Origin: Macrostomum lignano | Lineage: Eukaryota | Assembly: GCA_002269645.1 (NCBI GenBank) | Contig: NIVC01000084.1 | Location: 248,001-312,000 of the forward strand | DNA length: 64,000 nucleotides | Direction of reading: 5' to 3' | In this document: positions 32,336-44,812 of the stretch, piece by piece | How the letters are laid out: each line of letters opens with the position of its first letter | Position numbering within the stretch: the stretch's first letter is position 1 | The notes under the pieces: generated by a model | The model's input: the letters and a program-made list of their open reading frames with translations, nothing else | Databases searched by the model: none | Told to the model about the DNA's origin: nothing | Made by a program: the position numbers and the translations under genes

Positions 32336-33877
32336 TCGCCCTGTAAGAATCAGTTGGATCCTCTACGGGCTCACAAATAGTCCATGAGCTGAATTTGAAA
32401 TTAGAGTTAAGTGATGATGCAGATAGTGTGGACGGAAGCTGTGCACGCGCATGTTCAGATAACACCAGCCGATTCGTGTACGCGCTGTTTTCTCGTTGAT
32501 CATGTTTCCAAGCTGTCTTCTCGTTGGTTGCTTGTTAATTTTGAATGAATTTGTGAGCAAAAATACTTAGTCTGTATGTTGAAATTGACTGGATTTTACA
32601 GGACCAAATAAATGCTCCAGTGGTGAACTTCGTGACCGTTGACAAATCAAATTCATATTTCTTGCTTGTTGAAAACTTGCTTGAATGAACCTAAATCTAA
32701 ATCCAAATTAATAATCGCAGACTCCTATGGACGCAATTGACAGTGTTGATGGTTTTCCATCGTATTAACGTCACGCAACTTGTGCTCAGTGCTGCCCAGT
32801 CTCTCTCTCTCTCTCTCTCTCTCCACTTTATTGACTGGGCCAGCTTGCCACGACAAAAATATTGATAGAAAAATATAATGCTTGATTGATTGTTTCCGAA
32901 CGTGTCAGAAGTTCAAACAGCGTGGCTGCAGTACCCCAAATATCTAGCACGCAAGCTTTGCATCAGTCAGTTGGTCAGTGGGGTTTCCTGTTCGCTTGAA
33001 ATCCTGGCACCTCCAGCAGTTGCTGGCTTCACGCTTGACTCCAGACGAAGTGGAAAAAATCTGTTCAAAGGTTTGACTGCTCGAGATAATTGGGAATAAA
33101 GAGATAAAAGCAGATAAATCAAATAGTTTAAGACACGACTAGCAATCTAACTTCTTGCAATTATTCATAAGCACAATATTTATATTAGATTGTATAATAA
33201 GAATGCAGATAATTATATGCAATGCAATGCTCTGTCCAGATTATAATATGATCATAATAAATAAGCAGAAAAATGCTGTTGTATTATGGAGCTGCAATAT
33301 GGGTCAGAAATATCGGGTTACCTTGGTACGTGCCCCCGGGAGCTAGACCAAGCGCCCCCCCCCCCGAAAGCAGAATTTATGGAAGGGTACCGAAACGCGT
33401 AAACAGTAATTTCCCTTCTTCTCGACAGAGACAGCGCATACCTATCGTCGCTATAGGATTACACTGCACTGACTTGGTTAAAGCGGTGGAGAAGCGAGAA
33501 AAAGAGTGGAAGAAAGAGAGCGGAAGAGGCGAAAGTTCAGATTCCATAACTCCGTTAAAAATCCTTGTCCCCTGGCCCCACTACACATGCCCATTTTGGT
33601 ACTTCGATAAATCGGTTGGCCCTGAAGCATTCAGCTGTTAAATGCTCTATTAGTACTTTTTTGACGCAGTTGAAGTGAACCGAAAATATTTATTGAGGTC
33701 AAGGTTTTTTTCAACGAAAAATTTTTGCATTCTTGTCTAATTACTATGTGTACTCTTAACACTTAAAATTGGATTGATTAGGAATGGAACACGCCTGACT
33801 TGGATGTTAAGTACACGAGAGTAATTAAGCCGCATATGGTATCAGAATGCAGAACTTGGCAATCCAATAGTCTCATC

Positions 33878-35147
33878 AGGTGTCAGGAAGGGTCACAAAC
33901 GTGTGAGAGTCAGTCAGTCACATTAAGTGTCAGGAAGGTCGCAAACGTGTGAGAGTCAGACAGCCACATTGAGTATCAGGAAGGTCACAAACCTGTGAGA
34001 GTCAGACAGTCACATTAGGTGTCAGGAAGGTCGCAAACGTGTGAGAGTCAGACAGTCACATTAAGTGTCAGGAAAGTCGCAAACGTGTGAGAGTCAGACA
34101 GTCACATTAAGTGTCAGGAAAGTCGCAAACGTGTGAGAGTCAGACAGTCACATTAAGTGTCAGGAAGGTCGCAAACGTGTGAGAGTCAGACAGTCACATT
34201 AAGTGTCAGGAAAGTCGCAAACGTGTGAGAGTCAGACAGTCACATTAGGTGTCAGGAAAGTCGCAAACGTGTGAGAGTCAGACAGTCATCTTAAGTGTCA
34301 GGAAGGTCGCAAACGTGTGAGAGTCAGTCAGTCACATTGAGTATCAGGAAGGTCGCAAACCTGTGAGAGTCAGACAGTCACATTAGGTGTCAGGAAAGTC
34401 GCAAACGTGTGAGAGTCAGACAGCCACATTGAGTGTCAGGAAGGTCGCAAACGTGTGAGAGTCAGACAGTCACATTAAGTGTCAGGAAAGTCGCAAACGT
34501 GTGAGAGTCAGACAGTCACATTAAGTGTCAGGAAAGTCGCAAACGTGTGAGAGTCAGACAGTCATCTTAAGTGTCAGGAAAGTCGCAAACGTGTGAGAGT
34601 CAGTCAGTCACATTAAGTGTCAGGAAAGTCGCAAACGTGTGAGAGTCAGTCAGTCACATTAAGTGTCAGGAAAGTCACAAACGTGTGAGAGTCAGTCAGT
34701 CACATTGAGTGTCAGGAAAGTCACAAACGTGTGAGAGTCAGACAGTCACATTAAGTGTCAGGAAGGTCGCAAACGTGTGAGAGTCAGTCAGTCACATTAA
34801 GTGTCAGGAAGGTCGCAAACGTGTGAGAGTCAGTCAGTCACATTAAGTGTCAGGAAAGTCGCAAACGTGTGAGAGTCAGTCAGTCAGATTAAGTGTCAGG
34901 AAGGTCGCAAACGTGTGAGAGTCAGTCAGTCACATTAAGTGTCAGGAAGGTCGCAAACGTGTGAGAGTCAGTCAGTCACATTAAGTGTCAGGAAAGTCGC
35001 AAACGTGTGAGAGTCAGTCAGTCACATTAAGTGTCAGGAAAGTCGCAAACGTGTGAGAGTCAGTCAGTCACATTAAGTGTCAGGAAGGTCGCAAACGTGT
35101 GAGAGTCAGTCAGTCACATTAAGTGTCAGGAAGGTCGCAAACGTGTT
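33878..35147 (+). repeat. 46-bp minisatellite (GTGTCAGGAAAGTCGCAAACGTGTGAGAGTCAGACAGTCACATTAA), ~27 units
   Basis: Period 46 read directly. Confidence 0.97.
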
Positions 35148-35746
35148 AGTAAGACAGTCATATTTTTTGTCAAAATGCACACGTTATAGTCAAGAACTCA
35201 AAAATATAAAAAGTGCAGCAATTTGAGATAAATGCTTTCAGAGCCCAAAAAGATTTTGATCAGACTGCGGAGTAGAAATCAAGCTTTGCGTTTTCGCATC
35301 AGTGACTGAAATAATTAAATAATTATGCCTACAGACAGGGAGTATATTCGCGACCTAAATTTAATTTTGTACAATCTAAAACATAATTATTATATAAAAA
35401 TTGGGAGAGGAAAGAGCTGGGAGAGACACCGATGCCCTGAACGATAGACGGTTTCGACTTGGGAGATGGCGGATCCCCCAATTCTCTGCACAAGAGACGA
35501 AAATTGGCTTTGTGGGTGTTGGGTGGAACTGAGGGATGAAGATAATTGCATTTCGCATCATTGCTGCATCCTGAGAAAATAAGACAAATGAGAATGAACT
35601 GTTGGATATATAATTGTATTATCTGTAGAGCGGGTTATATAAATTTATGCATGTATCCCAGACACGTGGCTTGGACATTTTGGAGAAAAGTGCAAACAGC
35701 ATTCTTGCCTAAGCCAAGGAGGACTTTAAAACCAGAATCTGGAGTA

Positions 35747-36317
35747 GGCGCCAGCACCAAGGGGCGCCAGCACCAAGGGGCGCCAGCACCAAGGGGCGCC
35801 AGCACCAAGGGGCGCCAGCACCAAGGAGCGCTAGCACCAAGGGGCGCCAGCACCAAGGGGCGCTAGCACCAAGGGGCTTTAGCACCAAGGGGCTTTAGCA
35901 CCAAGGGGCTTTAGCACCAAGGGGCTTTAGCACCAAGGGGCTTTAGCACCAAGGGGCTTTAGCACCAAGGGGCTTTAGCACCAAGGGGCTTTAGCACCAA
36001 GGGGCTTTAGCACCAATGGGCTTTAGCACCAAGGGGCGCCAGCACCAAGGGGCGCCAGCACCAAGGGGCGCCAGCACCAAGGGGCGCCAGCACCAAGGGG
36101 CGCCAGCACCAAGGGGCGCCAGCACCAAGGGGCGCCAGCACCAAGGGGCGCCAGCACCAAGGGGCGCCAGCACCAAGGGGCGCCAGCACCAAGGGGCGCC
36201 AGCACCAAGGGGCGCCAGCACCAAGGGGCGCCAGCACCAAGGGGCGCCAGCACCAAGGGGCGCCAGCACCAAGGAGCGCCAGCACCAAGGGGCTTTAGCA
36301 CCAAGGGGCGCCAGCAC
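35747..36317 (+). repeat. 17-bp minisatellite (GCGCCAGCACCAAGGGG / GCTTTAGCACCAAGGGG)
   Basis: Two variants arranged in blocks A-B-A. Confidence 0.97.
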
Positions 36318-36796
36318 CATTTACAGACTGTGTGTAAATGGAAGTTGGGGAGAATACTGGGTACTCTAGGTCGTAGTTCTTGATCTCCTTGTGTTTCTCC
36401 GTCATGGCTAGATGATCCGCTAAATCTCCTGACTGGGCTGGGGGATTTGCAACAAGTCAATTCGGCACCGACCATGATATTTTTCGGCAATATTTTGTCA
36501 GCCTCGGGCGGCAGATGATGAATTGGGGCTTCGGTTTGAACCTATAGATGCTTCCTTGGCTGCCTCCCCGAATCCTGACAGGCAAATTTCGGTTCCAGAA
36601 AAAAGAAGTCAAAAAACAGACGACACGAAGTTGGTTTCACTGTGCAGTGCTTTTTGGAAGCCGAATAATGATGCAGTCCGCTGTCCGCAGAGCTTTTCTC
36701 TTTCAGGCTTTACAGAATTGTTATTGTGCTTTCTGGTGCAAAAGTGTGGATAGTTATCTGAGCCTGGCGCCTGAACGCAAAGAAATTAATGGGCTT

Positions 36797-37055
36797 ACCT
36801 TTACCAGATATTGGTGTCCCTTTACCAGATATTAGTGTCCCTTTACCAGATATTGGTGTCCCTTTACCAGATATTGGTGTCCCTTTACCAGATATTGGTG
36901 TCCCTTTACCAGATATTGGTGTCCCTTTACCAGATATTGGTGTCCCTTTACCAGATATTGGCGACCCTTTACCAGATATTGGCGACCCTTTACCAGATAT
37001 TGGCGACCCTTTACCAGATATTGGCGACCCTTTACCAGATATTGGTGTCCCTTTA
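36797..37055 (+). repeat. 21-bp minisatellite (CCTTTACCAGATATTGGTGTC), ~12 units
   Basis: Direct reading; GGCGAC variant block near the 3' end. Confidence 0.97.
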
Positions 37056-37497
37056 GCATGCTAATTTAGATGACGTTGACTTTTACCAACCTAGAAATTA
37101 TCAGTAAAAGTATTTTATTAGAGATCCCCGCCATTGAAATTTTAGCAAATGCAGGATAAGATAACTTTACTTCAACTCTTTTTTCAGAATAACCGCGCTC
37201 ACTATGCAGGCACAAGTCAGGGCTGTTCTGTTTATCCAGAATTGATTTAAAGATAATTTCTCTTCGCTTTTCTTCATGCCCGCCGCCTCTTTCAGATCGA
37301 TACTCTGCATGTCTTTTGTTGTGGCGTAAAAAAGTTGAAGTGGACCTTGAATAGCTGGAATACAATCAAGATTAAGAAGATTATGAAGATTAAGGTGAAG
37401 GTGAAGGTATAACCTCGTAAGAACTCTAATGATAACTTTTTTTAGCTAGATAAAACTTCAATCAATTAACTGTACAATCTCCTGCGTTAAAGAGACG

Positions 37498-38754
37498 ATG
37501 AGAAAAGCAGTAACAACGAGAACAACGAGAACAACAAGAACAACAAGAACAACGAGAACAACAAGAACAACGAGAACAACGAGAACAACAAGAACAACGA
37601 GAACAACGAGAACAACTAGAACAACGAGAACAACGAGAACAACGAGAACAACAAGAACAACGAGAACAACGAGAACAACGAGAACAACGAGAACAACGAG
37701 AACAACGAGAACAACGAGAACAACTAGAACAACACGAACAACGAGAACAACTAGAACAACTAGAACAACGAGAACAACGAGAACAACTAGAACAACGAGA
37801 ACAACGAGAACAACGAGAACAACGAGAACAACGAGAACAACTAGAGCAACGAGAACAACGAGAACAACTAGAACAACACGAACAACGAGAACAACGAGAA
37901 CAACAAGAACAACGAGAACAACGAGAACAACGAGAACAACGAGAACAACGAGAACAACTAGAGCAACACGAACAACGAGAACAACTAGAACAACTAGAAC
38001 AACGAGAACAACGAGAACAACTAGAACAACGAGAACAACGAGAACAACTAGAACAACGAGAACAACGAGAACAACTAGAACAACACGAACAACGAGAACA
38101 ACGAGAACAACGAGAACAACGAGAACAACGAGAACAACGAGAACAACGAGAACAACGAGAACAACTAGAGCAACAAGAACAACGAGAACAACGAGAACAA
38201 AAAGAACAACAAGAACAACGAGAACAACAAGAACAACTAGAACAACGAGAACAACGAGAACAACGAGAACAACGAGAACAACGAGAACAACGAGAACAAC
38301 TAGAACAACGAGAACAACGAGAACAACGAGAACAACAAGAACAACGAGAACAACGAGAACAACGAGAACAACGAGAACAACAAGAACAACGAGAACAACG
38401 AGAACAACAAAAGCAACAAAAACAACAAGAACAACAAGAACAACGAGAACAACGAGAACAACGAGAACAACGAGAAAAACAAGAACAACTAGAACAACGC
38501 GAACAAAAAGAACAACAAAAGCAACAAAAACAACAAGAACAACAAGAACAACGAGAACAACAAGAACAACGAGAACAAAAAGAGCAACAAGAACAGCAAG
38601 AACAGCAGGAACAACCAGAACAATAAGAACGAAAGTAAAAAGGCGGAAAAAACGAACAACAAGACCGAAGCAAAAGCAGAAGACCAAAAAGAGAAACGTG
38701 TCACGTTGGCTAAAAAAAATGCTTTCAAACGCTCTCTCGATGAGTACAGTGTAA
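37498..38754 (+). CDS. Candidate 418-aa (Thr-Thr-Arg)n basic protein, unverified
   Basis: ATG in unique sequence upstream of the array, open across it, with a Lys/Arg-rich unique tail. Several repeat variants are silent in this frame. Confidence 0.25.
   Translation: MRKAVTTRTTRTTRTTRTTRTTRTTRTTRTTRTTRTTRTTRTTRTTRTTRTTRTTRTTRTTRTTRTTRTTRTTRTTRTTRTTRTTRTTRTTRTTRTTRTTRTTRTTRTTRTTRTTRATRTTRTTRTTRTTRTTRTTRTTRTTRTTRTTRTTRTTRATRTTRTTRTTRTTRTTRTTRTTRTTRTTRTTRTTRTTRTTRTTRTTRTTRTTRTTRTTRTTRTTRTTRATRTTRTTRTKRTTRTTRTTRTTRTTRTTRTTRTTRTTRTTRTTRTTRTTRTTRTTRTTRTTRTTRTTRTTRTTRTTRTTKATKTTRTTRTTRTTRTTRTTRKTRTTRTTRTKRTTKATKTTRTTRTTRTTRTTRTKRATRTARTAGTTRTIRTKVKRRKKRTTRPKQKQKTKKRNVSRWLKKMLSNALSMSTV
37512..38625 (+). 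repeat. 9-bp tandem repeat (AACAACGAG)n with AAG/TAG/ACG variants
   Basis: Direct reading. Confidence 0.97.
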
Positions 38755-39022
38755 AGAAAAGCACTTTCTATGCGTACAGTTTTTCACTTTGGCTGAGGAA
38801 AATATTTGATAGCAACTCGCAGCCGAATGAGAGCACCTCTCTGCTCTGCTCTTCTTTGCTTAGCTAGTATGAGCAGTCCTTGGCGAGAAGTGGAGAGTGA
38901 TAGAAAACTACTCAAAATAGATCGAAAGAAAACACTGCGCTTTCTGGTGAAGAGTAAATATCGGATTATTTTGTTATAAAAACGACCTTTTTATCTTAAA
39001 GTGCTCTAAAAGAAATTCCAAC

Positions 39023-39240
39023 TGCAGGAAGACTTTGAGCACAACGTCTTTGATGATAACCAGCACCTGAGGCAATTCTGACCAGTCCGCTGGCTCCTGA
39101 GCACACACAAGCGCGCCAATACTGTACACAGGCACACAATCATACACGCGCTCCCTCAGGGTGTACAGGGGCCCTGACTTTCTTATTGGTCAGGCATGTA
39201 CACTCTCTGTGGCTTCGGGGCTGGCCCTCATGGCTGTGAA
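39023..39240 (+). repeat. Interspersed element, copy B (homologous to 22398-22590)
   Basis: See copy A. Confidence 0.75.
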
Positions 39241-39989
39241 TGTCAGCGGCGCACGTAATCGAACTCAAGGGTCGCGGCGCGTGTTTTAATGCAAGGTATA
39301 AATATTATTGTGTCCCTACATCGATACTGGCTGTGAAACTCTCTCGACTAAAAGCACAGCTAAAGCCCCATCTGATACAACATCCCTCTACAGGATTCGA
39401 GCCGCGCTGTCGCTCACTTGGCCAGGATTTCTTTACTAGTAGCGAAGAGGTAGGGGAAGGCATCTCTTGCAGCGTGTGACAGAGACAGCTGGAGGGGAGC
39501 AGTTGGGGGGGAGGGGGGGTTGCAGCGACCTCCCAGGCAGCATCCCGCAAATCTACGTGGGAGAGGGAGATTTTCGAATGCCTGTCTTCTTCAAACCAAT
39601 TCTGCCAGTGCTTATGCGGGCTTAATAGATTTTACCAAAGCCTGTTAATTTGTCTGGCAGTCAATTGAATCCCTCCGGGTCCGCAATACTGCGCGGCCTC
39701 GCGTCTCCTCGCAGCTTTAAAAAATTGTGTCTGGCGGATTTTTATTTTGCTTCTACATATGCAGCTGACTGTAAGCTCTGCTTCCCGTTGTAATTTTCCG
39801 TCCCATGTTTGGTGGGGCGAAAATTCCCAAGTTACTGACTGCTGCCACTACGGATAACGTGTTAGGTCTGCCTCAATTGTATAACTCGGATCCTAAGAGC
39901 TCTTTATAAGAGCTAGAAGAATTAAAGTAAGCTAAGGAAGATTGTGAAAGATTTAGTAGAGAGTGTACGGCTCGTAGAAGGTTAGACTA

Positions 39990-40455
39990 AGAGGGTGAAG
40001 AGGGCTAGACACCGAAGACGAAGAGGATTAGGACAGAAAGGCTGAGAGGGTTAGACACAAAAGGCAGAGGAAGTTAGACGTAGAGGCGAAGAGGATTTGA
40101 CACAGAGGCGAATAGGGTTAGACACAGAGGCGAATAGGGTTAGACACATAGGCGAATAGGGTTAGACACTGAAGGCAGAGAGGGCTTGACAGGGTTGAAC
40201 ACAGTTGAAGAGAGAAGGAGGCAGAGAGGGTTAGACACTGAAGGCAGAGAGGGTTAGACACTGAAGGCAGAGAGGGTTAGACACTGAAGGCAGAGAGGGT
40301 TAGACACTGAAGGCAGAGAGGGTTAGACAGGGTTGAACACAGTGGAAGAGAGGAGGCAGAGAGGGTTAGACAGGGTTGAACACAGTGAAGAGAGGAGGCA
40401 GAGAGGGTTAGACAGGGTTGAACACAGTGGAAGAGAGGAGGCAGAGAGGGTTAGA
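39990..40455 (+). repeat. Purine-rich degenerate ~23-bp repeat (GAGGGTTAGACACTGAAGGCAGA) with longer composite variants
   Basis: Direct reading; degenerate at left, more homogeneous at right. Confidence 0.85.
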
Positions 40456-40893
40456 AAATGTTTCTAAAACCATAGCTAGCGACAAGAGAACCAACCCTGG
40501 GAACACGGCTCAATGCATGCATAATCGATTCGCTCATTTCGACCGGCCCCTAGCTCGGTGTCTAAGCTATCACTCACCGTGCATTCATTTGCAGTAGTGA
40601 ATAATATGCAGTATAGCTACCGCTGGCCCAGGGGCCCTGGATTCGCACCTATAGATACTGTATTATAGCAAACGGCGAGGGTACAGAGCAAGCGGCCTCA
40701 GCCAGTCAGAGTCAGGAGAGGGAGGGAGCGAGAGAGAGACGTAGGCAATGGGGAGGCACGCTATATAGTTGATTCACCCGGCCGCGCTATACACATTTCC
40801 GTCTCGACACTTAATACACGTTGCCCGCTCCGGTTGGTTCAACAAATATCAAAGTCGGTCTGTTGAAATTCATCGTTACAACAGAAACAAAAC

Positions 40894-42381
40894 ATGCCTA
40901 GCTGGAATCTAAAACTGTCGCTATGTTTTGGCGGTAGGCCCGATACGCGTATTAAAAAATCGAAAAATAAAACGATTGGAAAGACGCCAACAACCAAAAC
41001 GGTTACAGCGACTGAAAACGCAACTACGAACTGTCCGCAGTGTGGTTGCTCTCTAAAGGAGCACCTGAACAGTTATCTGCAGCAGCAAACTCAGCAGGAT
41101 TGTACAGGAATTCCTATTAATCCTTGGTCGACAGTAAGAATGCAGAAAAGTGTCGACTCTGGCATCTGCGAGGAGCTCAGCGGAGGTTCAGGCGAACAGG
41201 CAGGAAGTTCGGGTTGTCAACTGCCTGCTGCCGTTAATGTCGTCGACGAAGCGGATGCCGAATCTGACGCAGCCGCTGACCTGGAGGTCTCAAATATTGT
41301 TAATAGCAGTCGTCAGCAAGTTCGTCAACGCCGTCCCGTTGTTGAAGGTGTCGCTCTGAGAGGCTTCGTGCCGCCGCCAGCAGCGAATAGTGGTTGGCAC
41401 GCTTCGGCCACTCTGGCCACACTGCCGCGCGACTCGCCGAGTTCCAGCGTGGCTTGTCTGGCTCTGTCGGACAGTGACGTCTCTGTGGACGAGCTCGACG
41501 ATGTATCGTCGGGACAGAGACTGGAGGTAAAGCACGATGAACAACGGTCGAAAATGGGCAGGTGAGCAGTGTGAATGTCTTGTTGTTGCTTCTCCAGGCC
41601 TCGATAATGAAAAGCAGTCATGACCATTCAGTTATAAGCAGACAGACGCACACAGGGTACGCTAATATCGCTAAACCATAGACATCTGCACCGGTACAAG
41701 TGCAAATAAGCAAAATCTAATGCTAAACCATAGCCATCTGCACCGGTACAAGTGCAAATAAGCAAAATCTAATGCTAAACCATAGACATCTGCACCGGTA
41801 CAAGTGCAAATAAGCAAAATCTAATGCTAAACCATAGACATCTGCACCGGTACAAGTGCAAATAAGCAAAATCTAATGCTAAACCATAGACATCTGCAAC
41901 AGTTCAAAAAAGCATCTGATGATAATGCTATCTTTCTTGGTTGCAGAAATATTACCAGATGAGAAATCGGCTTAAAGTCTTAGACGATTAATACATGTAC
42001 TTTCTAAACAACTGGTCAAATAGAGAACCGTATTTCTAATGTCAAAGGCACTGACCACATTTTTATTAATATTGGGCCGTACTTAATAAATGAAATTAAA
42101 AGCCAAACCAAGAAACGTGACTTTCTTCTTTTAACCCATGAAGTTATTCTAGACCGCAAAGCAGATGGACCGTCCATCAGCAACACCAGAAGCAACAGCA
42201 GCAGCATCAGCAATATCACCAGCTGTTGCGCGAACAGAAGCGAACAGCACTGCTTTGGGCAATGGCTTCTGTCAGGGACCGGCTGGAGAAGGAGATGGAG
42301 CGGCTGCTGGAGGCAACCGCCAACGACCTCGACCTCGGCAACGAAAACGAATCCAGCTGGTTTTTAACCAACTTCGACTGA
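40894..42381 (+). CDS. Two-exon hypothetical protein, 298 aa, low-complexity with a Q-rich tract and helical C-terminus
   Basis: Exon 1 40894-41561 ends AG|GTGAG (phase 2). Exon 2 42153-42381 follows TTATTCTAG and is open in the matching phase (RPQSRWTVHQQHQKQQQQ...WFLTNFD*). AATAAA lies at ~42434. Confidence 0.65.
41669..41899 (+). repeat. 52-bp minisatellite, ~4.4 units, in the predicted intron
   Basis: CTAAACCATAG recurs at 41671, 41723, 41775, 41827 and 41879. Confidence 0.95.
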
Positions 42382-43071
42382 CTGATTTTGTGAAAGCTTC
42401 TGTTTTGATTTTTTGACTGAATTATTTATAATTAATAAAATTATTATTGTCATAAAAACTTTCTATTTCACAAATATTTATTCATGAACTTTTTTGCAAA
42501 CTTGTCAATAATCTCATCATATAATGATGAAGTTTTTTGTTTTAATTTTCAGAAAAATTTCTTTGCACCTATAGCGATCCACTAACTATCTGCCTGTGCT
42601 TACTGCTGTAAATATTGTTGAATTCACAGTCAATATCTAGCTAGATATTTTTAATAGCTCTAATTAAGTTTGTTAAACTGTTTATTTACTGTTTCGCTGC
42701 TATAATGTCGGTATTTCAAAACTTGAATGCACTTTTTCGACAAAACTTTCAGTTAGAAAGAAGATTTTATTCTAATATTCTGTCTTTCTAAATATTCGAT
42801 ATTTCGTTAAAACTGTTTTCGATTATTTAGAGTTGCTATATTTCACTACTAACAATTTTTTTTCTGAAAATCAGTAAATACATATTTAACAAGACTTTCA
42901 TGCATTAAATTCAATATGAGAGGAAACTTCATCGAGAAATTTTATCTGAACGATTAATCTTTGAAAGACGATATATATTGCTCCAATTGATTACGTACAA
43001 GACAAACATGTGTACAGACCACTTGGGATTATGCGCTTCGTACTAATACGTGTAACTGGCAGCTTATATAC

Positions 43072-43557
43072 ATGTACATGCATACTCTGACAATAACATG
43101 TTTCATATCCGGCATTCTCGTTGCCCAGTTCGAGCCGGCCTCTCTCCACTGCAGTCTCTTCCGCTACCAGTCCGTGTGTCGCGACCTCGTCTCTGGCGGT
43201 GCGAGCAGCGACTGCCGAGTGCTCATCCGATTTCCGATCAAATATCCGGCTCAGCTCAACCCGAAGCTCACAAACGTGTGGCTCGGAGACGACATGTCTG
43301 CATTTGAGAATGTCGTGTGCCAGGCTGATGAAGAGACCAACCGAATTTATCCGGTCGGAGTCCAGTGGACAGAGGAGGGCGCCGCGTTCGATGGGAGCAG
43401 CTCGTTTCTGGCCATGAAAAAGAGCGACATCGGGTTCGGCACAGGCGTCACGGTGCTGCTCAGGATGAAGCGGCAGCCACAGGTGCAGCCGCTGTTTGAG
43501 TTCCTGGACTGCGCCAATTTTGAGACGAGAGCCAATCTGGCTTATCTGGAAGCCTAG
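43072..43557 (+). CDS. Putative secreted protein, 161 aa, possible ConA/LamG-like beta-sandwich start
   Basis: Hydrophobic leader (TLTITCFISGILVA). GAAFDGSSSFL resembles the FDGxSSYL strand of LamG/pentraxin-like folds. GC-rich island in AT-rich surroundings. Confidence 0.55.
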   Translation: MYMHTLTITCFISGILVAQFEPASLHCSLFRYQSVCRDLVSGGASSDCRVLIRFPIKYPAQLNPKLTNVWLGDDMSAFENVVCQADEETNRIYPVGVQWTEEGAAFDGSSSFLAMKKSDIGFGTGVTVLLRMKRQPQVQPLFEFLDCANFETRANLAYLEA

Positions 43558-44395
43558 GGCACCCGTGGATAACTGATGAATGAGAAGGATGCTGCACTCA
43601 ATTTTCTTAGAAATTCTCTTGAGAACGCACAGCACTGAATGAGGTTTCACCATAGACAAATTTGGATGAAAACATTCGCGCTAGAAAAATCAGCTACCGC
43701 TATGTTATTAAATGTCTTCTTTTTTGCCTTTCTATCTACTCATTAGTAGGGTTAGGTGAATTTCGAAGAGTAAAGCCAGTCGCTTATCATTTGATAAATA
43801 TCAATGTCTATATTAGCCTGTCTCGATAAAATTAAACGAACTTATAACGTTAAAACCTGGGCTGCATAGCAACCACAGAACTGCAATGTGATTTTAATAG
43901 ACAAATAGGCAGCTAAGAAGGTATATTGAAAATATCGAATCAAATTGTGCAATTGTGTTACAAATACCGCTATCAGTAGTAGCTAGCTTTGAGAACATGG
44001 GATCAGCATATAGGTGAAATAGCATGAAAATAAAATCTGTATGCAAATATGCAAACTATGTAGCATTTAAAAATCTACTGTGTAGCAAAACGAGAGTTAA
44101 AAAAACTTAGTTAAACTGCTAAACAAGGTGAAAAAAGGAGGAAAGCTTATTGCAAAATTTGGCTGATATTGTCAGGCCTGCTGCAGTAAGTACACGAATA
44201 ATAAATATAACTGGTTGAGCCGAATGAGTTCGTAGGTAAAACAATAAATTATGCGAATTGCAGGTGCGTTTTTGATGTGATCAATAAACTATGACAGAAT
44301 CTTGTAAATACCTAGAAAGAAGTGCATTAATTAACTATGTCACAAACGGTCTAGCTGGATTTACTTTTTGGGTAAGTTTCAATAAGTTAGCTAAC

Positions 44396-44812
44396 TTCAT
44401 TACACTGCTCACTTCATCACACTGCTGACTCCAGGTCACTGCTGACTCCAGCTCACTGCTCACTCCATCACACTGCTGACTCCAGGTCACTGCTGACTCC
44501 ATCACACTGCTCACTCCATCACACTGCTCACTCCATCACACTGCTGACTCCAGGTCACTGCTGACTCCAGCTCACTGCTGACTCCATCACACTGCTCACT
44601 CCATCACACTGCTCACTCCATCACACTGCTCACTCCATCACATTGCTCACTACATCACACTGCTCACTCCATCACACTGCTCACTCCATCACACTGCTCA
44701 CTCCATCACACTGCTGACTCCATCACATTGCTCACTACATCACACTGCTCACTCCATCACACTGCTCACTCCATCACACTGCTCACTCCATCACACTGCT
44801 CACTCCAGCTCA
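44396..44812 (+). repeat. 17-bp minisatellite (CCATCACACTGCTCACT)
   Basis: Period 17; abuts the stop codon at 44810-44812. Confidence 0.95.

Noticed and set aside
36789-37064. Elastin-like (LPDIGVP)n ORF
   Set aside because: A short ORF almost wholly within a 21-bp array, with other frames equally open and no signal peptide.
39990-40455. Telomere-like GGGTTAG motifs
   Set aside because: Only single copies within larger units; there is no tandem TTAGGG tract.
42280-42330. BH3-like helix in the orphan protein
   Set aside because: MASVRD lacks the conserved small residue before Asp in the LxxxGD core.
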